IMG/VR virus record: IMGVR_UViG_3300022841_000008
Origin: an uncultured virus (IMG/VR IMGVR_UViG_3300022841_000008)
Lineage: Duplodnaviria > Heunggongvirae > Uroviricota > Caudoviricetes
Reading direction: 5' to 3' (one strand)
DNA length: 56,796 nt
The notes under the pieces were generated by a model. The model saw only the letters and a program-made list of their open reading frames with translations, was not told the origin of the DNA and ran no database searches. Both the position numbers and the translations under genes were made by a program. Below, in pieces: positions 27,750 through 37,375 of the stretch (within the stretch, counting starts at the first letter, position 1; each line of letters opens with the position of its first letter).

Positions 27750-28277
27750 TTATTTATCCTCACTATCTACTTTTTCTATCGTTAAACCGCATTTGTTTAA
27801 AAAATCCAAACCGGCGGTGTCCCTATAATCAGTTTTATAGAATACTTGTTTAATTCCTGCCTGGAACATACCCTTAGCACAATCCATACAGGGTGCGTGA
27901 GTAATGAACATGGTTGCTCCGTCACCGCTTTCGTTAGACTTTGCTAACTTCATCAGAGCATTGCTTTCTGCATGAAGCACCTCTGGTTTTGTTTTGAGTC
28001 TGTAACGGCCTTGCATTGTGTTGCCATCAGCATCTAAGTAAGTGCCTTCGAATGGCCAACCTTCTAGAATTTCTTCTGCACTTAACCAACCGCCAGCACT
28101 GCACCATTCTACATTTTCGCAATCGTTATCCCAACCAGCAGGCATACCGTTGTAGCCATAGCTGATCACAGTATCGTCTTTGACCACAACAGCACCAACC
28201 TGCAGCCGCTTGGCATGACTCAGTTCTGCAGTACGACTAGCCCAGTCCATGTATAACTTTAAAAACTTTTCTTTCAT
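27750..28277 (-). CDS. dCMP deaminase
   Basis: QVGAVVVK, GYNG, HAESNA, PCMDC zinc motifs. Confidence 0.93.
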   Translation of the reverse strand: MKEKFLKLYMDWASRTAELSHAKRLQVGAVVVKDDTVISYGYNGMPAGWDNDCENVEWCSAGGWLSAEEILEGWPFEGTYLDADGNTMQGRYRLKTKPEVLHAESNALMKLAKSNESGDGATMFITHAPCMDCAKGMFQAGIKQVFYKTDYRDTAGLDFLNKCGLTIEKVDSEDK

Positions 28278-28741
28278 TCTATTTCTAACCATGTGTGATC
28301 GCCCATATATTTTACCTGTGCTTGATATTCATACCAATCAGGTGGCCCACTAGACCAATCATTAGGTCCAGTTATAGCCAACACCATTTTTTCCTTACGA
28401 GTGTTCCACACCAACCAATATACATTGCCCATTACTACTTGAAACTGATATTCAGCAGCATGTACTGCATCAGTAATATCTAATCTACGTTTAATCTGTT
28501 CTGCTTGTTTTTCTAATACAGTAACAAGTTCCATAATACGATCATACTCTTGCTGGGCATACATCCTAGCATGATTAATCATTAAGTCTTTTTGTTTAGT
28601 AACAGGAACTAGATCAAAGTTAGGACCACCCGCTTCTGTTGGATACGGAGTTACATTTCTATTAAAAAATGGAATAAGTGTTCCGCCAACATTAGCATCA
28701 AAACTATTACGACCTTTTACTAAGTTAGACTTCTTAGTCAC
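28274..28741 (-). CDS. hypothetical protein (DUF2452-like)
   Basis: 155 aa with coiled coil YAQQEYDRIMELVTVLEKQAEQIKRR; family recalled, not searched. Confidence 0.7.
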   Translation of the reverse strand: MTKKSNLVKGRNSFDANVGGTLIPFFNRNVTPYPTEAGGPNFDLVPVTKQKDLMINHARMYAQQEYDRIMELVTVLEKQAEQIKRRLDITDAVHAAEYQFQVVMGNVYWLVWNTRKEKMVLAITGPNDWSSGPPDWYEYQAQVKYMGDHTWLEIE

Positions 28742-29655
28742 CCTAGTCTTGCCAATTTAACTAGAGTAGCTGCTAAGTTAATCTCGGAGTCAATAACTAA
28801 TGTATGATCTACTAGTCCCTGCTTAATAATGATAATAGCACTGTCTTGATTCTTCTCATCACCAAAGACTTCCAAGTTATCATATAACCAGCGATAGACT
28901 TCTTCCATCTCTTCAGCACGAATCTTGCCACATAGGAACTTACGTGCTTCTGTAATTTTGCCTGCTTTAAACATGCCTACCATCTCAAACTTCCAGTCAG
29001 ATTCACCGCCATCTGCTTTGTTAGGCGATACCAATGTACCTTCAGTTGAATTTTGTTGTACTAACTGAATACACTTGCGTAAGTCTGGGTATGCAACTTT
29101 TACATACAAGTCTAATGTGTCAAGATCAAAATCAATATTTTCTTCTACAAGGATAGTAGCAACACGAGCAGTATACTCTATCATGTCAGTACGTTCTACG
29201 TGAAAACCTTGACACCGACTGTGCAGTGCTGGAATAATACGATTAGGATAGTTACAAGTTAGAATGAACCGTGAAGTACTGTGATACTCTTCCATAACAC
29301 CACGTAACGCTGCTTGCGCATTAGGACTTAGATAATCAGCCTCATCCAGCAATACAACTTTAAACGGACCAAACGGAATCATTTGTACAAAGTTTGTGAT
29401 CTTATCACGAACATCATCAACTGAGTTAGTACGTGACGCATTAATTTCTAGTAGATCAAAATCTTCAATGCCAATCTCGTTGATAAGAATCTTAGCTAAT
29501 GTAGTCTTGCCAATACCAGCAGCGCCACTTAGCAACAGGTGAGGAATACTTTTATCTTTAATCCAAGTATTAATCTGATTGCGTTGGTGTCCATCACGGA
29601 ATACATAACCGTCTACTGTCTTAGGTCTCCACTTTTCTACCCATAGTTCTTTCAT
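28738..29655 (-). CDS. clamp loader AAA+ subunit (RFC small/gp44-like)
   Basis: LWVEKWRP, GAAGIGKTT, EINAS, LLDEAD, SRC motif. Confidence 0.93.
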   Translation of the reverse strand: MKELWVEKWRPKTVDGYVFRDGHQRNQINTWIKDKSIPHLLLSGAAGIGKTTLAKILINEIGIEDFDLLEINASRTNSVDDVRDKITNFVQMIPFGPFKVVLLDEADYLSPNAQAALRGVMEEYHSTSRFILTCNYPNRIIPALHSRCQGFHVERTDMIEYTARVATILVEENIDFDLDTLDLYVKVAYPDLRKCIQLVQQNSTEGTLVSPNKADGGESDWKFEMVGMFKAGKITEARKFLCGKIRAEEMEEVYRWLYDNLEVFGDEKNQDSAIIIIKQGLVDHTLVIDSEINLAATLVKLARLG

Positions 29656-29843
29656 TCTTTTGCCTTGTTAATAATTTGTGTTGTAATTGGACTTATACGA
29701 TGATCAATCAGCGATAAGTCATGCAGTCGATCTGCACATTTTCTAACATCGGAACTTAGTGGTCCTGTGCCAATTGCGTCTTCTATAAGCCTTGCGACAT
29801 TATGCAGTGTGATCACAGCATCAACTAAGTCAATGTCTCTCAT
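29652..29843 (-). CDS. hypothetical protein
   Basis: 63 aa, ATGA-coupled. Confidence 0.65.
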   Translation of the reverse strand: MRDIDLVDAVITLHNVARLIEDAIGTGPLSSDVRKCADRLHDLSLIDHRISPITTQIINKAKE

Positions 29844-30067
29844 ATAATCTTACCAAGAAATTCGTAAATTAGTTGATCTACCTCGGCCGAATAGTCTTTG
29901 CCCATTCTTCGTTTAACCCAAATAGCTTCTAGAACTTCTTGAGCATTGATATTGCTATCTACAGGCAATGCGCCTCGCAACTCTAACTCTTCTAAAAGAT
30001 CGTCGGTGTCAAAGTCGCCAATATCAACATCAACTTCAACCTCTGTGTAGACAGTTTTGTATACCAT
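29840..30067 (-). CDS. hypothetical protein
   Basis: 75 aa, acidic, coupled to neighbours. Confidence 0.7.
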   Translation of the reverse strand: MVYKTVYTEVEVDVDIGDFDTDDLLEELELRGALPVDSNINAQEVLEAIWVKRRMGKDYSAEVDQLIYEFLGKII

Positions 30068-30279
30068 TATACTACTTCCTCTACAATACCGAGTACTTCT
30101 GCTGCAATGAGCAATGCGCCAGCAACAAAAAAGTCGCCTTTCATTAAGTAACCTCCGGCAATAATTCGCAGTACGCTTTTTGCACAGCTGACATAGAAAT
30201 GCCCACGGCTAGTATCTTTAGATTGTACTTTTAAAACTTTTTCTGGAATAGGCATATTATTTTTCTCTTTATGATACAC
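30067..30279 (-). CDS. small membrane protein
   Basis: C-terminal hydrophobic segments; start may be at MPIPE. Confidence 0.65.
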   Translation of the reverse strand: MYHKEKNNMPIPEKVLKVQSKDTSRGHFYVSCAKSVLRIIAGGYLMKGDFFVAGALLIAAEVLGIVEEVV

Positions 30280-30299
30280 GTTTTATAAATTTTAGTGTT

Positions 30300-31025
30300 T
30301 TAAAAATTATCTTTGTTATAAATGCTAGTCTCAAATCCAGCTGTTAGATCTACGGTGTTGCCATTTTTAAAGAAGTTAATTATTTTATTTGCTAAAATTT
30401 TATGATTATTTTCTGAAAAATGATTATACCGATTGTCGCTAGTCTTGTTATAAAATGCGTCGGCTGTTTCTTTGCAGTCAAATTCAGTATTTGACGCATC
30501 AAACATAGTTCCTTCTACACCTCTGATATTATGAAATCCTGGTATAATCAATAATCGAACATTAATTTCTGCAAGCAACTTGGTTCTAAGAATTATTGCG
30601 TCACGCATTGCAATATAATGTATTATAAGACGATGATCAGAATATAAATATTTTTTATACATTTCTAATGCTTCGGTTACTTCTTTTGAAGCATGTACGC
30701 CTGGTTCGAATTTTGCAGACATATAGTTTCCCATATGCGGCTTATCTTCAAAAAACCATTCTCTATAATGTGAAGTAAGCTGTACTATAACATAGTCACC
30801 ACTTTTAAACGACAATTCTCTCTCAGTCAGCTTATGGAAAATAAACTCATTGGCACATCCGAGCACAGATTCATTTACATGATTTCTAGAGCCAGTTAAT
30901 TCTTCACTAACGATACTAGTCCAGTTTTTTTCTAACGGTAAGAAACTTACTATTCCGTTAGGACCAATTACTTCGCTCTTGTGTTCATGAGGTGTAGAAA
31001 AACTATCGCCAAATATATACAGCAT
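30300..31025 (-). CDS. SGNH/GDSL-hydrolase-like protein
   Basis: N-terminal IFGDSF, G-AN block, C-terminal NHFSENNH. Confidence 0.6.
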   Translation of the reverse strand: MLYIFGDSFSTPHEHKSEVIGPNGIVSFLPLEKNWTSIVSEELTGSRNHVNESVLGCANEFIFHKLTERELSFKSGDYVIVQLTSHYREWFFEDKPHMGNYMSAKFEPGVHASKEVTEALEMYKKYLYSDHRLIIHYIAMRDAIILRTKLLAEINVRLLIIPGFHNIRGVEGTMFDASNTEFDCKETADAFYNKTSDNRYNHFSENNHKILANKIINFFKNGNTVDLTAGFETSIYNKDNF

Positions 31026-31390
31026 TATTTTACGAACGCTGTTAGGTCAGGAGCAATCCATCCTAGTGGCTTAAGGACTTTACCATCTTCACGCTTACGA
31101 ACCTTGCCAGTTTCTTTATCAATTTTAGCAAAGTTAGTTTTCATAACTTCTTTCCACGCACCTTCAGCATCAAAGCCAGCACTGTGAATAGCACCAATTG
31201 TAACAACTAAAATATCAATTAGCGCATCAAGAATCTCTACTCGATCTTTAGCAATGATTGCTTGATTTAATTCTTCTGCTTCTTCTTCAATTAGTTTCAA
31301 ATACAAATTAAATTGATCAGTATTGCCTCTGCCCACTGTTTGGTCGCAGGCTTTCATAAATGTTTCTTGGTCTCTAAATGGATTCATCAT
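31025..31390 (-). CDS. MazG-like/all-alpha NTP pyrophosphohydrolase
   Basis: LIEEEAEEL...EILDALIDILVV, N-AK, KREDGKVLKP. Confidence 0.85.
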   Translation of the reverse strand: MMNPFRDQETFMKACDQTVGRGNTDQFNLYLKLIEEEAEELNQAIIAKDRVEILDALIDILVVTIGAIHSAGFDAEGAWKEVMKTNFAKIDKETGKVRKREDGKVLKPLGWIAPDLTAFVK

Positions 31391-32184
31391 AATCTCCGGT
31401 GTTTCTTGTTAATTGTTTCTATTCTTTCTAGTAGCTCAAGGTCTACGCTTTTGTCTATTGCTTCTGCTATTATAGCAGCTACATCCTTGGGAAAGCAACC
31501 GCCTCCCCACCCATATTGACCATCCGGTCCAGGAACATCCATATGCGTCTTACCAATCCGAGCTTCGTAAGTGGTTAGTGTTTTAAGATCGTGCCAATCA
31601 ACTCCTTCTGCATCGGCTAGCAGTTTAAAGTCATTCATAAATGTCACTTTGGTTGCTAGGTAACTGTTCATCATGTATTTGTATAGTGATGCAGTTTTAA
31701 TATCGGTGATAATAAACTTGTCATGTGAAAGTGGAACTCCTTCTCGAATTATATCTCGAGCTTTTTCACACCACTCGTGCCTGCCGCCCAGTACAAAATA
31801 TGCAGCATTAGAGTAGTCTGCAACATTGTTAGCCGCAGTTAGAAATTCTGGGCAATAGACTATGTTAGGATATTCTTCTTGTAATCGAGCATATACACTA
31901 GGAGGTGCAGTAGTTTTGCAGATAATTGGTATTTGTTTGTTGATGTTTGCAAACAAAAGTTCTTTAAGAGTCTGTTCTAGAATACTTGTATCACACCGGC
32001 CGTCTTCTAGTGTAGAATCTACAGCTGGACTAGGTACACATACAAAGATACCATCGCAGTCTGTAAACTGATCTAATGATGCAGAGTCTTTTAGTTTAGG
32101 ATCTCTAGTAACGGGATCGCTATGTCGATGTGCCCAGCCAATAGCTTGACCTACATATCCAAAACCGATGATACCAACACTCAT
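31387..32184 (-). CDS. UDP-glucose/GDP-mannose dehydrogenase-like protein lacking the C-terminal domain
   Basis: GFGYVG, CVPSP, PEFL, KYMMNSYLATKV, GGGCFPKD; only 265 aa. Confidence 0.85.
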   Translation of the reverse strand: MSVGIIGFGYVGQAIGWAHRHSDPVTRDPKLKDSASLDQFTDCDGIFVCVPSPAVDSTLEDGRCDTSILEQTLKELLFANINKQIPIICKTTAPPSVYARLQEEYPNIVYCPEFLTAANNVADYSNAAYFVLGGRHEWCEKARDIIREGVPLSHDKFIITDIKTASLYKYMMNSYLATKVTFMNDFKLLADAEGVDWHDLKTLTTYEARIGKTHMDVPGPDGQYGWGGGCFPKDVAAIIAEAIDKSVDLELLERIETINKKHRRL

Positions 32185-32211
32185 ATAAACCTTTATTGTT
32201 CAAGTGCTTTA

Positions 32212-32240
32212 ATTATACGCTTCTTTTCTAGTTCTGTCAA
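32212..32240 (-). promoter_or_regulatory. sigma70 promoter
   Basis: TTGACA-N17-TATAAT (perfect consensus). Confidence 0.85.
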
Positions 32241-32277
32241 CCATTGTCTATTATTTCTTTGGGTCGATAAAGGTGAC

Positions 32278-32312
32278 AAAGCCCGTGTTGTACTAGCATA
32301 CTCACGGGCTTT
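32278..32312. terminator. 10-bp inverted repeat downstream of groES (terminator-like)
   Basis: AAAGCCCGTG-N15-CACGGGCTTT. Confidence 0.5.
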
Positions 32313-32348
32313 AGGATGGATCTGCTAACAAACTCTTTTTGAAACCTA

Positions 32349-32771
32349 TTACCCGATCTTAGATAAGTTTCCAGGCATAAAGTCTTCAGGATTAATATTC
32401 ATGCTGCTACCATGACTGTATTCTTGCCCGATATAAAAGTCACTTGGTTTTTCATCAGCAACAGCAATGACCGATGCTACTTCAACCTTCTGGAATTCTT
32501 TTTCGCCTTCACCGTCATCAATCTTAATCTTACGAGTCCATCGACCGTGCTCGATTAATACCCATTGGCCTACCTTGACATCAAGTTCACATGCATTACC
32601 AACTTTGTAGACTTCTGCCCAACGAGGCTTAACACCGTGTGCTTTACCGTCATCACTGCCAACAATGATGCCGCCACTAGACTTTTGTTCACCCATATCC
32701 ATATTGATTACTAGGATATCTTGCGCCAATGCGCGAACTTTAACTTTCTTAGCACTAAATGCAAATGTCAT
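32349..32771 (-). CDS. groES: GroES-like co-chaperonin
   Basis: EQKSSGGIIV mobile loop, AEVYKVG, DVKVGQWVL. Confidence 0.8.
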   Translation of the reverse strand: MTFAFSAKKVKVRALAQDILVINMDMGEQKSSGGIIVGSDDGKAHGVKPRWAEVYKVGNACELDVKVGQWVLIEHGRWTRKIKIDDGEGEKEFQKVEVASVIAVADEKPSDFYIGQEYSHGSSMNINPEDFMPGNLSKIG

Positions 32772-32773
32772 AG

Positions 32774-33001
32774 TTAACCTTTTTTACGAGTTAGGACATC
32801 TTCTTGAGCTGCCCTTGGATTAGCTTTGTAGTAATCTGCAAGGATCTGTTCACGTGTGCGAACAATTTTACCACCTTCACCTAGTTCGTCACCTCTGGCA
32901 TTCATTCTTGCATTACCCACAGCCGGTTCAGTTTCGTGCTTCAACTGCAACTTTTCCATGTCAATTTCTTTTCCTCTAACGCTGGTATATAATTTACCCA
33001 T
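32774..33001 (-). CDS. hypothetical protein
   Basis: 75 aa, AVGNARMNARGDELGEGG; GGAG RBS. Confidence 0.75.
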   Translation of the reverse strand: MGKLYTSVRGKEIDMEKLQLKHETEPAVGNARMNARGDELGEGGKIVRTREQILADYYKANPRAAQEDVLTRKKG

Positions 33002-33464
33002 TTTGATCTCCTTTAAAAAATTCTTCTATTGGTAGCTTGTATTTAATACTGTCTACCTTATGTACCCCTATTAAGTGGAGCACGTAACTTGCAACACTCG
33101 ATCCACGACCTACGCCCCAAACTACATTATTGGCCCTGAGTGTATCAACAATATACTTCATAACATACAGTACATCATGCATACCATTTTTAATAAACAG
33201 ATCTAATTCCAAACTAACTCGATCTCTCTGCTCGTCAGTCTCGCAACTGCCATAAAGAAATTCTACCAAATTAGGGTAGTAATCATCAGGAATAAACCAA
33301 TGTGTTGGATCTACTGTAGTTGGTGGGATTGGATAATCTAAATACTCCCGTGATACTTGATTTAGATACTTGCTGATGTCGTTGGTAGTTTGACAGTGTT
33401 CCAGAATATCTGGACCATGCCGTAGTATACCTTCTATTAGTTGTTCTTCTGTATTAGTCCACAT
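32994..33464 (-). CDS. stand-alone fragment of DNA polymerase III alpha (DnaE)
   Basis: RVSLELDLF...GVGRGSSVASYVLHLIGVHKVDSIKYKL matches DnaE RL-EL...GPGRGS-AGSLVAY-LGIT-IDP. Confidence 0.8.
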   Translation of the reverse strand: MWTNTEEQLIEGILRHGPDILEHCQTTNDISKYLNQVSREYLDYPIPPTTVDPTHWFIPDDYYPNLVEFLYGSCETDEQRDRVSLELDLFIKNGMHDVLYVMKYIVDTLRANNVVWGVGRGSSVASYVLHLIGVHKVDSIKYKLPIEEFFKGDQNG

Positions 33465-33684
33465 TAATCAATTGATCCAGATCGTTATCTAATTGTCCTT
33501 TAGACCTAGAGAGATAACGTTTAGTCATCTCTTCTTTGTATATTGTAACAAAAATTGCGAGCTGTGTCAAGAGGGCACGATTGCCTAAATGTGCTGCTGT
33601 AAAGTATTTTTTGTTCAGCTCAAGCAATTTGGCCTCGACCTCATTGTCTTTGAGCTGACTTAGATCACCTTCAAATGGATGCAT
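33454..33684 (-). CDS. hypothetical protein
   Basis: 76-aa helical ORF. Confidence 0.7.
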   Translation of the reverse strand: MHPFEGDLSQLKDNEVEAKLLELNKKYFTAAHLGNRALLTQLAIFVTIYKEEMTKRYLSRSKGQLDNDLDQLINVD

Positions 33685-34322
33685 TATGCAAATTCACCTA
33701 GATAGCGAACATAGATAGTATCTAGATCGTGTCTCCAACATTCGATGATAATTGGGCTAGCTGCACTTGCGGCAGTTAACGTAATTGCATCGGTACTAGT
33801 AGGCCAACCGCTCTTTTTAAACTGTGTTGCACCTGTTCCTGATAACGTAAATGTAACTGTATATTCATCACTAGCTGTTAGATCACTATAAAGTTCAAGA
33901 GTAACTTTAGTCACACTGGCTTTTTGAGCGTTGGTTTCTACAGGAACATTTCTAGGATCACCTGCAAAATTTAAAAAATCTACAGTAATATTTGATCCAA
34001 CAGTATACACCTGATAGCCGCCACTTAGTGCATCAATAGTCAACGGTGCAACTAATGGCGATATTCTAGCATCATTAGTTTGTGTTCTAGCATTTGATAA
34101 AACAACATTTGATATTTTATTAATACCAAAATCGTTATCTACTCGATCAAGTCTTGCTACTGCCCCTAGAAGCTCATCAACTTCTATTTGTGCAGCACTA
34201 AGGCTAGTTTTTATAGTATCAAAGTTGTCTCTGAATACTTGTGTATCATTATCTTGTCCTGCAACAGGAAAGTTTTCGTTTATACTTAAATAATTTATAC
34301 TGCTGCTAGTTGAAATTGTCAT
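33684..34322 (-). CDS. virion baseplate/tail protein
   Basis: INENFPVAGQDNDTQVFRDNF N-terminus; in the structural block. Confidence 0.6.
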   Translation of the reverse strand: MTISTSSSINYLSINENFPVAGQDNDTQVFRDNFDTIKTSLSAAQIEVDELLGAVARLDRVDNDFGINKISNVVLSNARTQTNDARISPLVAPLTIDALSGGYQVYTVGSNITVDFLNFAGDPRNVPVETNAQKASVTKVTLELYSDLTASDEYTVTFTLSGTGATQFKKSGWPTSTDAITLTAASAASPIIIECWRHDLDTIYVRYLGEFA

Positions 34323-36766
34323 GGTAATTTTTCTCCGCGTTGTGGAAACGCAAGGTATTTATCCTCTATTTCCCCGTCAATAATATCTATTATATATCTA
34401 TCTGCTGTGAAGTTGATAGATTTAAAATCGAATCCGTTTGCTTTAATTCTTGCTACAATAGTTTCAGCTTTTCCTGGTAGTGCATAACACAATGGAAGGG
34501 CTTTAGTATACCCTAGCTCGTATGAAGCAGCATCTTGAATACTACGCATCCATTGCGGCAAAAACTCTCTATCCTTTTCGCCGACTGCTGTAATCTGTTT
34601 TCGCATATTTCTTATACTGTTTGGAAATATACGTTGGTGATCGCTATCACTAACAAACGGTATATCGCTATCGACCTTGATAGAATCATAGCTAATCAAT
34701 ACCGGACTGTTAATTCTATCAGAAAGCTCTACAACTCTACTAATGCTTTTTCCGTTCTTTTCAAGATCATCAATAATCTCAACGTAGATTACTTCGTAGA
34801 TGGTTTCTTGAGTATCAGCATCCTTTGCTTTGGCAATCCTTACATTACCAAACAATATCTGTTTACGGTAGTGATTACGACTCATTGCCTGTATATACTT
34901 TGCAGCTTGTGTACTTTCGATACCAGCATATACCAACATTTTAATGTCAGTCTGTATGCCAAAGTTTTGATCACCATATCGATAGATATCGTTAGGAGTA
35001 AAAATAGTAGAGTTTGTAATAAAGTTGTACCATTCTAATCGTTTACTTTTAGATTGGAATGCTTTTACATATAGGTTAGCAAAGGTCTTTGCGTTGTCTG
35101 CAATTACTGTAACAGAGAATGTTCTTAATACTTCTGCAAAATTGGCCGAATCTCTTGCCTTAACAACAAATGTAAATTTCTTATCAACTGTAGTAGTTGC
35201 CTCGTCGAAGGTAGTGTTATAAGATAGCACGCCATTATCAGAGTCAACGAATCTAGTTAGTCCAATACCTGCAGTATCTGCAAATTGTTTAACTTTTCCT
35301 TGGATAATACCAGTCGGCAAAAAAGTTAAACCCGGAGGCAATATTCCGCTAACAAGCTCATAGGAAACTCGCCCACCGTACAACAAACTTTTGGCCTCTA
35401 CAAATAATTTACTTGGTTGATTTGGTTTAATAACTCCAAGATTGCTAGTAGAAATCCAGTTAACTGCACTTTCAATTTCACCTATGATATCAACAGTGAA
35501 GGTTTTTTCTGCAGACTCAACACCTCTAAACCAGTAAATAGACCCATCAATTGGCGTTTGGTTTCTATTGTCTTGAGAACATATCCAAATAAATCCTAAA
35601 TATCGTACAGCTTGATTGGCTGCATAATTAGTTGAACTAGCCCAATCGCCCACTAGAGTGTAGGTTAAATTATTCAATGTCGCTGGATAATTTACAGCAA
35701 GCATTGTAAATGTATAAGTCTTTGTTACTGCGGCCTGGTAAGGTACTAGTCCAACAATTTCTCCAGTGATGCTATCTAATTCCATTCCGGGAGGAATTTC
35801 ACTAACACTGTTATCCGGATTAGCCGACAGCAGGAAATATGTAATAGAACCGCTTAGTGTAGGCGGATCATATACATCTAAGAATATTGTTACGTAATTG
35901 TTAGCTCTAAATCTGCCAAGAACACTGCCAGTAATCCACAACGGTTTTCTGTCACCGGTGTTATCTGCTTGGAATAGATTTGTATCTACCTGTACAATGC
36001 TGTTATCGGCCTGTAAAAATTCTTCAGTAACAACATAAATTTTAAATAATCTATTAACACTATTAGCACCGTCACTTACCGCAACTACAAAATTATATGC
36101 TCTGCTTAATCTTCTAGGAATTTGACTAGGTTCGCTATAATCGTAGGTAACATTGTCATAGAAGTAATCATCAAAACCATTTGATCGAGCTTCAATATAG
36201 TCTAACGGAATATAATCCAACGGAGTAGTATCATACCCGCCTGAGGTAATATCGTTGTATTCCAGAGCAAATATAGGATCAGTAAATCCAGAAATGACAC
36301 CGTCTCTTGATAATGTTAATCCGGGAGGTAGTTCGCCGCCCATTGGTACTAGAAAATATTCTAACACATCGCCAGCGGTTAAGTCAGTATCAGTTGCTGA
36401 TAATTGAAAATCAACTCGAGCATTGTCAAGAACAAAGTAAGATTCGCCTGCACCTACATTTAAAAATCCTTCTCTAGTAACCCAGGAAGGTATATCTTCA
36501 CCGTCTACTGATAATCCAAATGTTCGGTCCTCAATGTCAACGCCGTCATTAGCTCGAACAACAAATCTACTTTCTGTAAATTTTCGTACTTCCACAGGGC
36601 TACCAGTAACCCGTCCGTTGGTTAATCGCAATCCTCGAGGAAGTGCTCCTGCAATAAGTGTATATGTAACTGCAAGTTGATCGGTAGTTGCTGTGAGAGG
36701 AATATCTATAATCACTCGTTCGGTGATTATTCCTAAACTACCTGCTGGAGTAATCCAAGTTATCAT
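34319..36766 (-). CDS. baseplate wedge-like protein with putative Ig repeats
   Basis: Repeated W-T-G-LG and LPPGL-L-G-I-G (He_PIG-like) units. Confidence 0.7.
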   Translation of the reverse strand: MITWITPAGSLGIITERVIIDIPLTATTDQLAVTYTLIAGALPRGLRLTNGRVTGSPVEVRKFTESRFVVRANDGVDIEDRTFGLSVDGEDIPSWVTREGFLNVGAGESYFVLDNARVDFQLSATDTDLTAGDVLEYFLVPMGGELPPGLTLSRDGVISGFTDPIFALEYNDITSGGYDTTPLDYIPLDYIEARSNGFDDYFYDNVTYDYSEPSQIPRRLSRAYNFVVAVSDGANSVNRLFKIYVVTEEFLQADNSIVQVDTNLFQADNTGDRKPLWITGSVLGRFRANNYVTIFLDVYDPPTLSGSITYFLLSANPDNSVSEIPPGMELDSITGEIVGLVPYQAAVTKTYTFTMLAVNYPATLNNLTYTLVGDWASSTNYAANQAVRYLGFIWICSQDNRNQTPIDGSIYWFRGVESAEKTFTVDIIGEIESAVNWISTSNLGVIKPNQPSKLFVEAKSLLYGGRVSYELVSGILPPGLTFLPTGIIQGKVKQFADTAGIGLTRFVDSDNGVLSYNTTFDEATTTVDKKFTFVVKARDSANFAEVLRTFSVTVIADNAKTFANLYVKAFQSKSKRLEWYNFITNSTIFTPNDIYRYGDQNFGIQTDIKMLVYAGIESTQAAKYIQAMSRNHYRKQILFGNVRIAKAKDADTQETIYEVIYVEIIDDLEKNGKSISRVVELSDRINSPVLISYDSIKVDSDIPFVSDSDHQRIFPNSIRNMRKQITAVGEKDREFLPQWMRSIQDAASYELGYTKALPLCYALPGKAETIVARIKANGFDFKSINFTADRYIIDIIDGEIEDKYLAFPQRGEKLP

Positions 36767-36778
36767 TACTGGAAATCC

Positions 36779-37348
36779 TTAAGCCAATGTTCCGCAGTCT
36801 AATCCGTATCGAGAAGGCAGAGTAATAGTTCCAAAGTCTACATTTGATGCAGCTAGGGTCATTTGAATAGCGTTAGTAAACTCACCATTAAGCGGTCCAA
36901 AATCAAAAGTTTCTAAAATATCAGTTACTGGAATAATATTCCTGATAGATAATGTTGAACCAAATGCAGTAACTTCAATATCAGCTCTTCTAGTGCCTAG
37001 AGCAGGCGCTCCTGCAACAGTAATCTGACCAAATGTGCTGGCCAACATACTACCGCTGTCTGTGTCAAATCTTGTAAATGCATCAGGGGCAGTGGATCTA
37101 ACTTCTAGAGTATTTGTATTATCGTCAATTGCAATGTTACGACCAGCAACAAGGTTTTTAAATTCTAAATCTGCACCAGTTTTTTGTTTAAAAACTCCTA
37201 CACCTGTTAAGCCAACGTTTGTAGCAGTAATAGTTAATTGAGTACTTAAATCACTAAAGTTAGCATTTACTTTCTGAAAGGCTGAGCGTAGGTCATCGCC
37301 TAGTCCGTCGTTTACAACATTTCCGATATTAATTGTTTGTACTGTCAT
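36779..37348 (-). CDS. baseplate/fibre protein with a T4 gp10/gp9-like N-terminus
   Basis: QTINIGNVVNDGLGDDLRSAFQKVNANF. Confidence 0.7.
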   Translation of the reverse strand: MTVQTINIGNVVNDGLGDDLRSAFQKVNANFSDLSTQLTITATNVGLTGVGVFKQKTGADLEFKNLVAGRNIAIDDNTNTLEVRSTAPDAFTRFDTDSGSMLASTFGQITVAGAPALGTRRADIEVTAFGSTLSIRNIIPVTDILETFDFGPLNGEFTNAIQMTLAASNVDFGTITLPSRYGLDCGTLA

Positions 37349-37375
37349 TATGCGCTCTCTTTAGTATATTTACCG

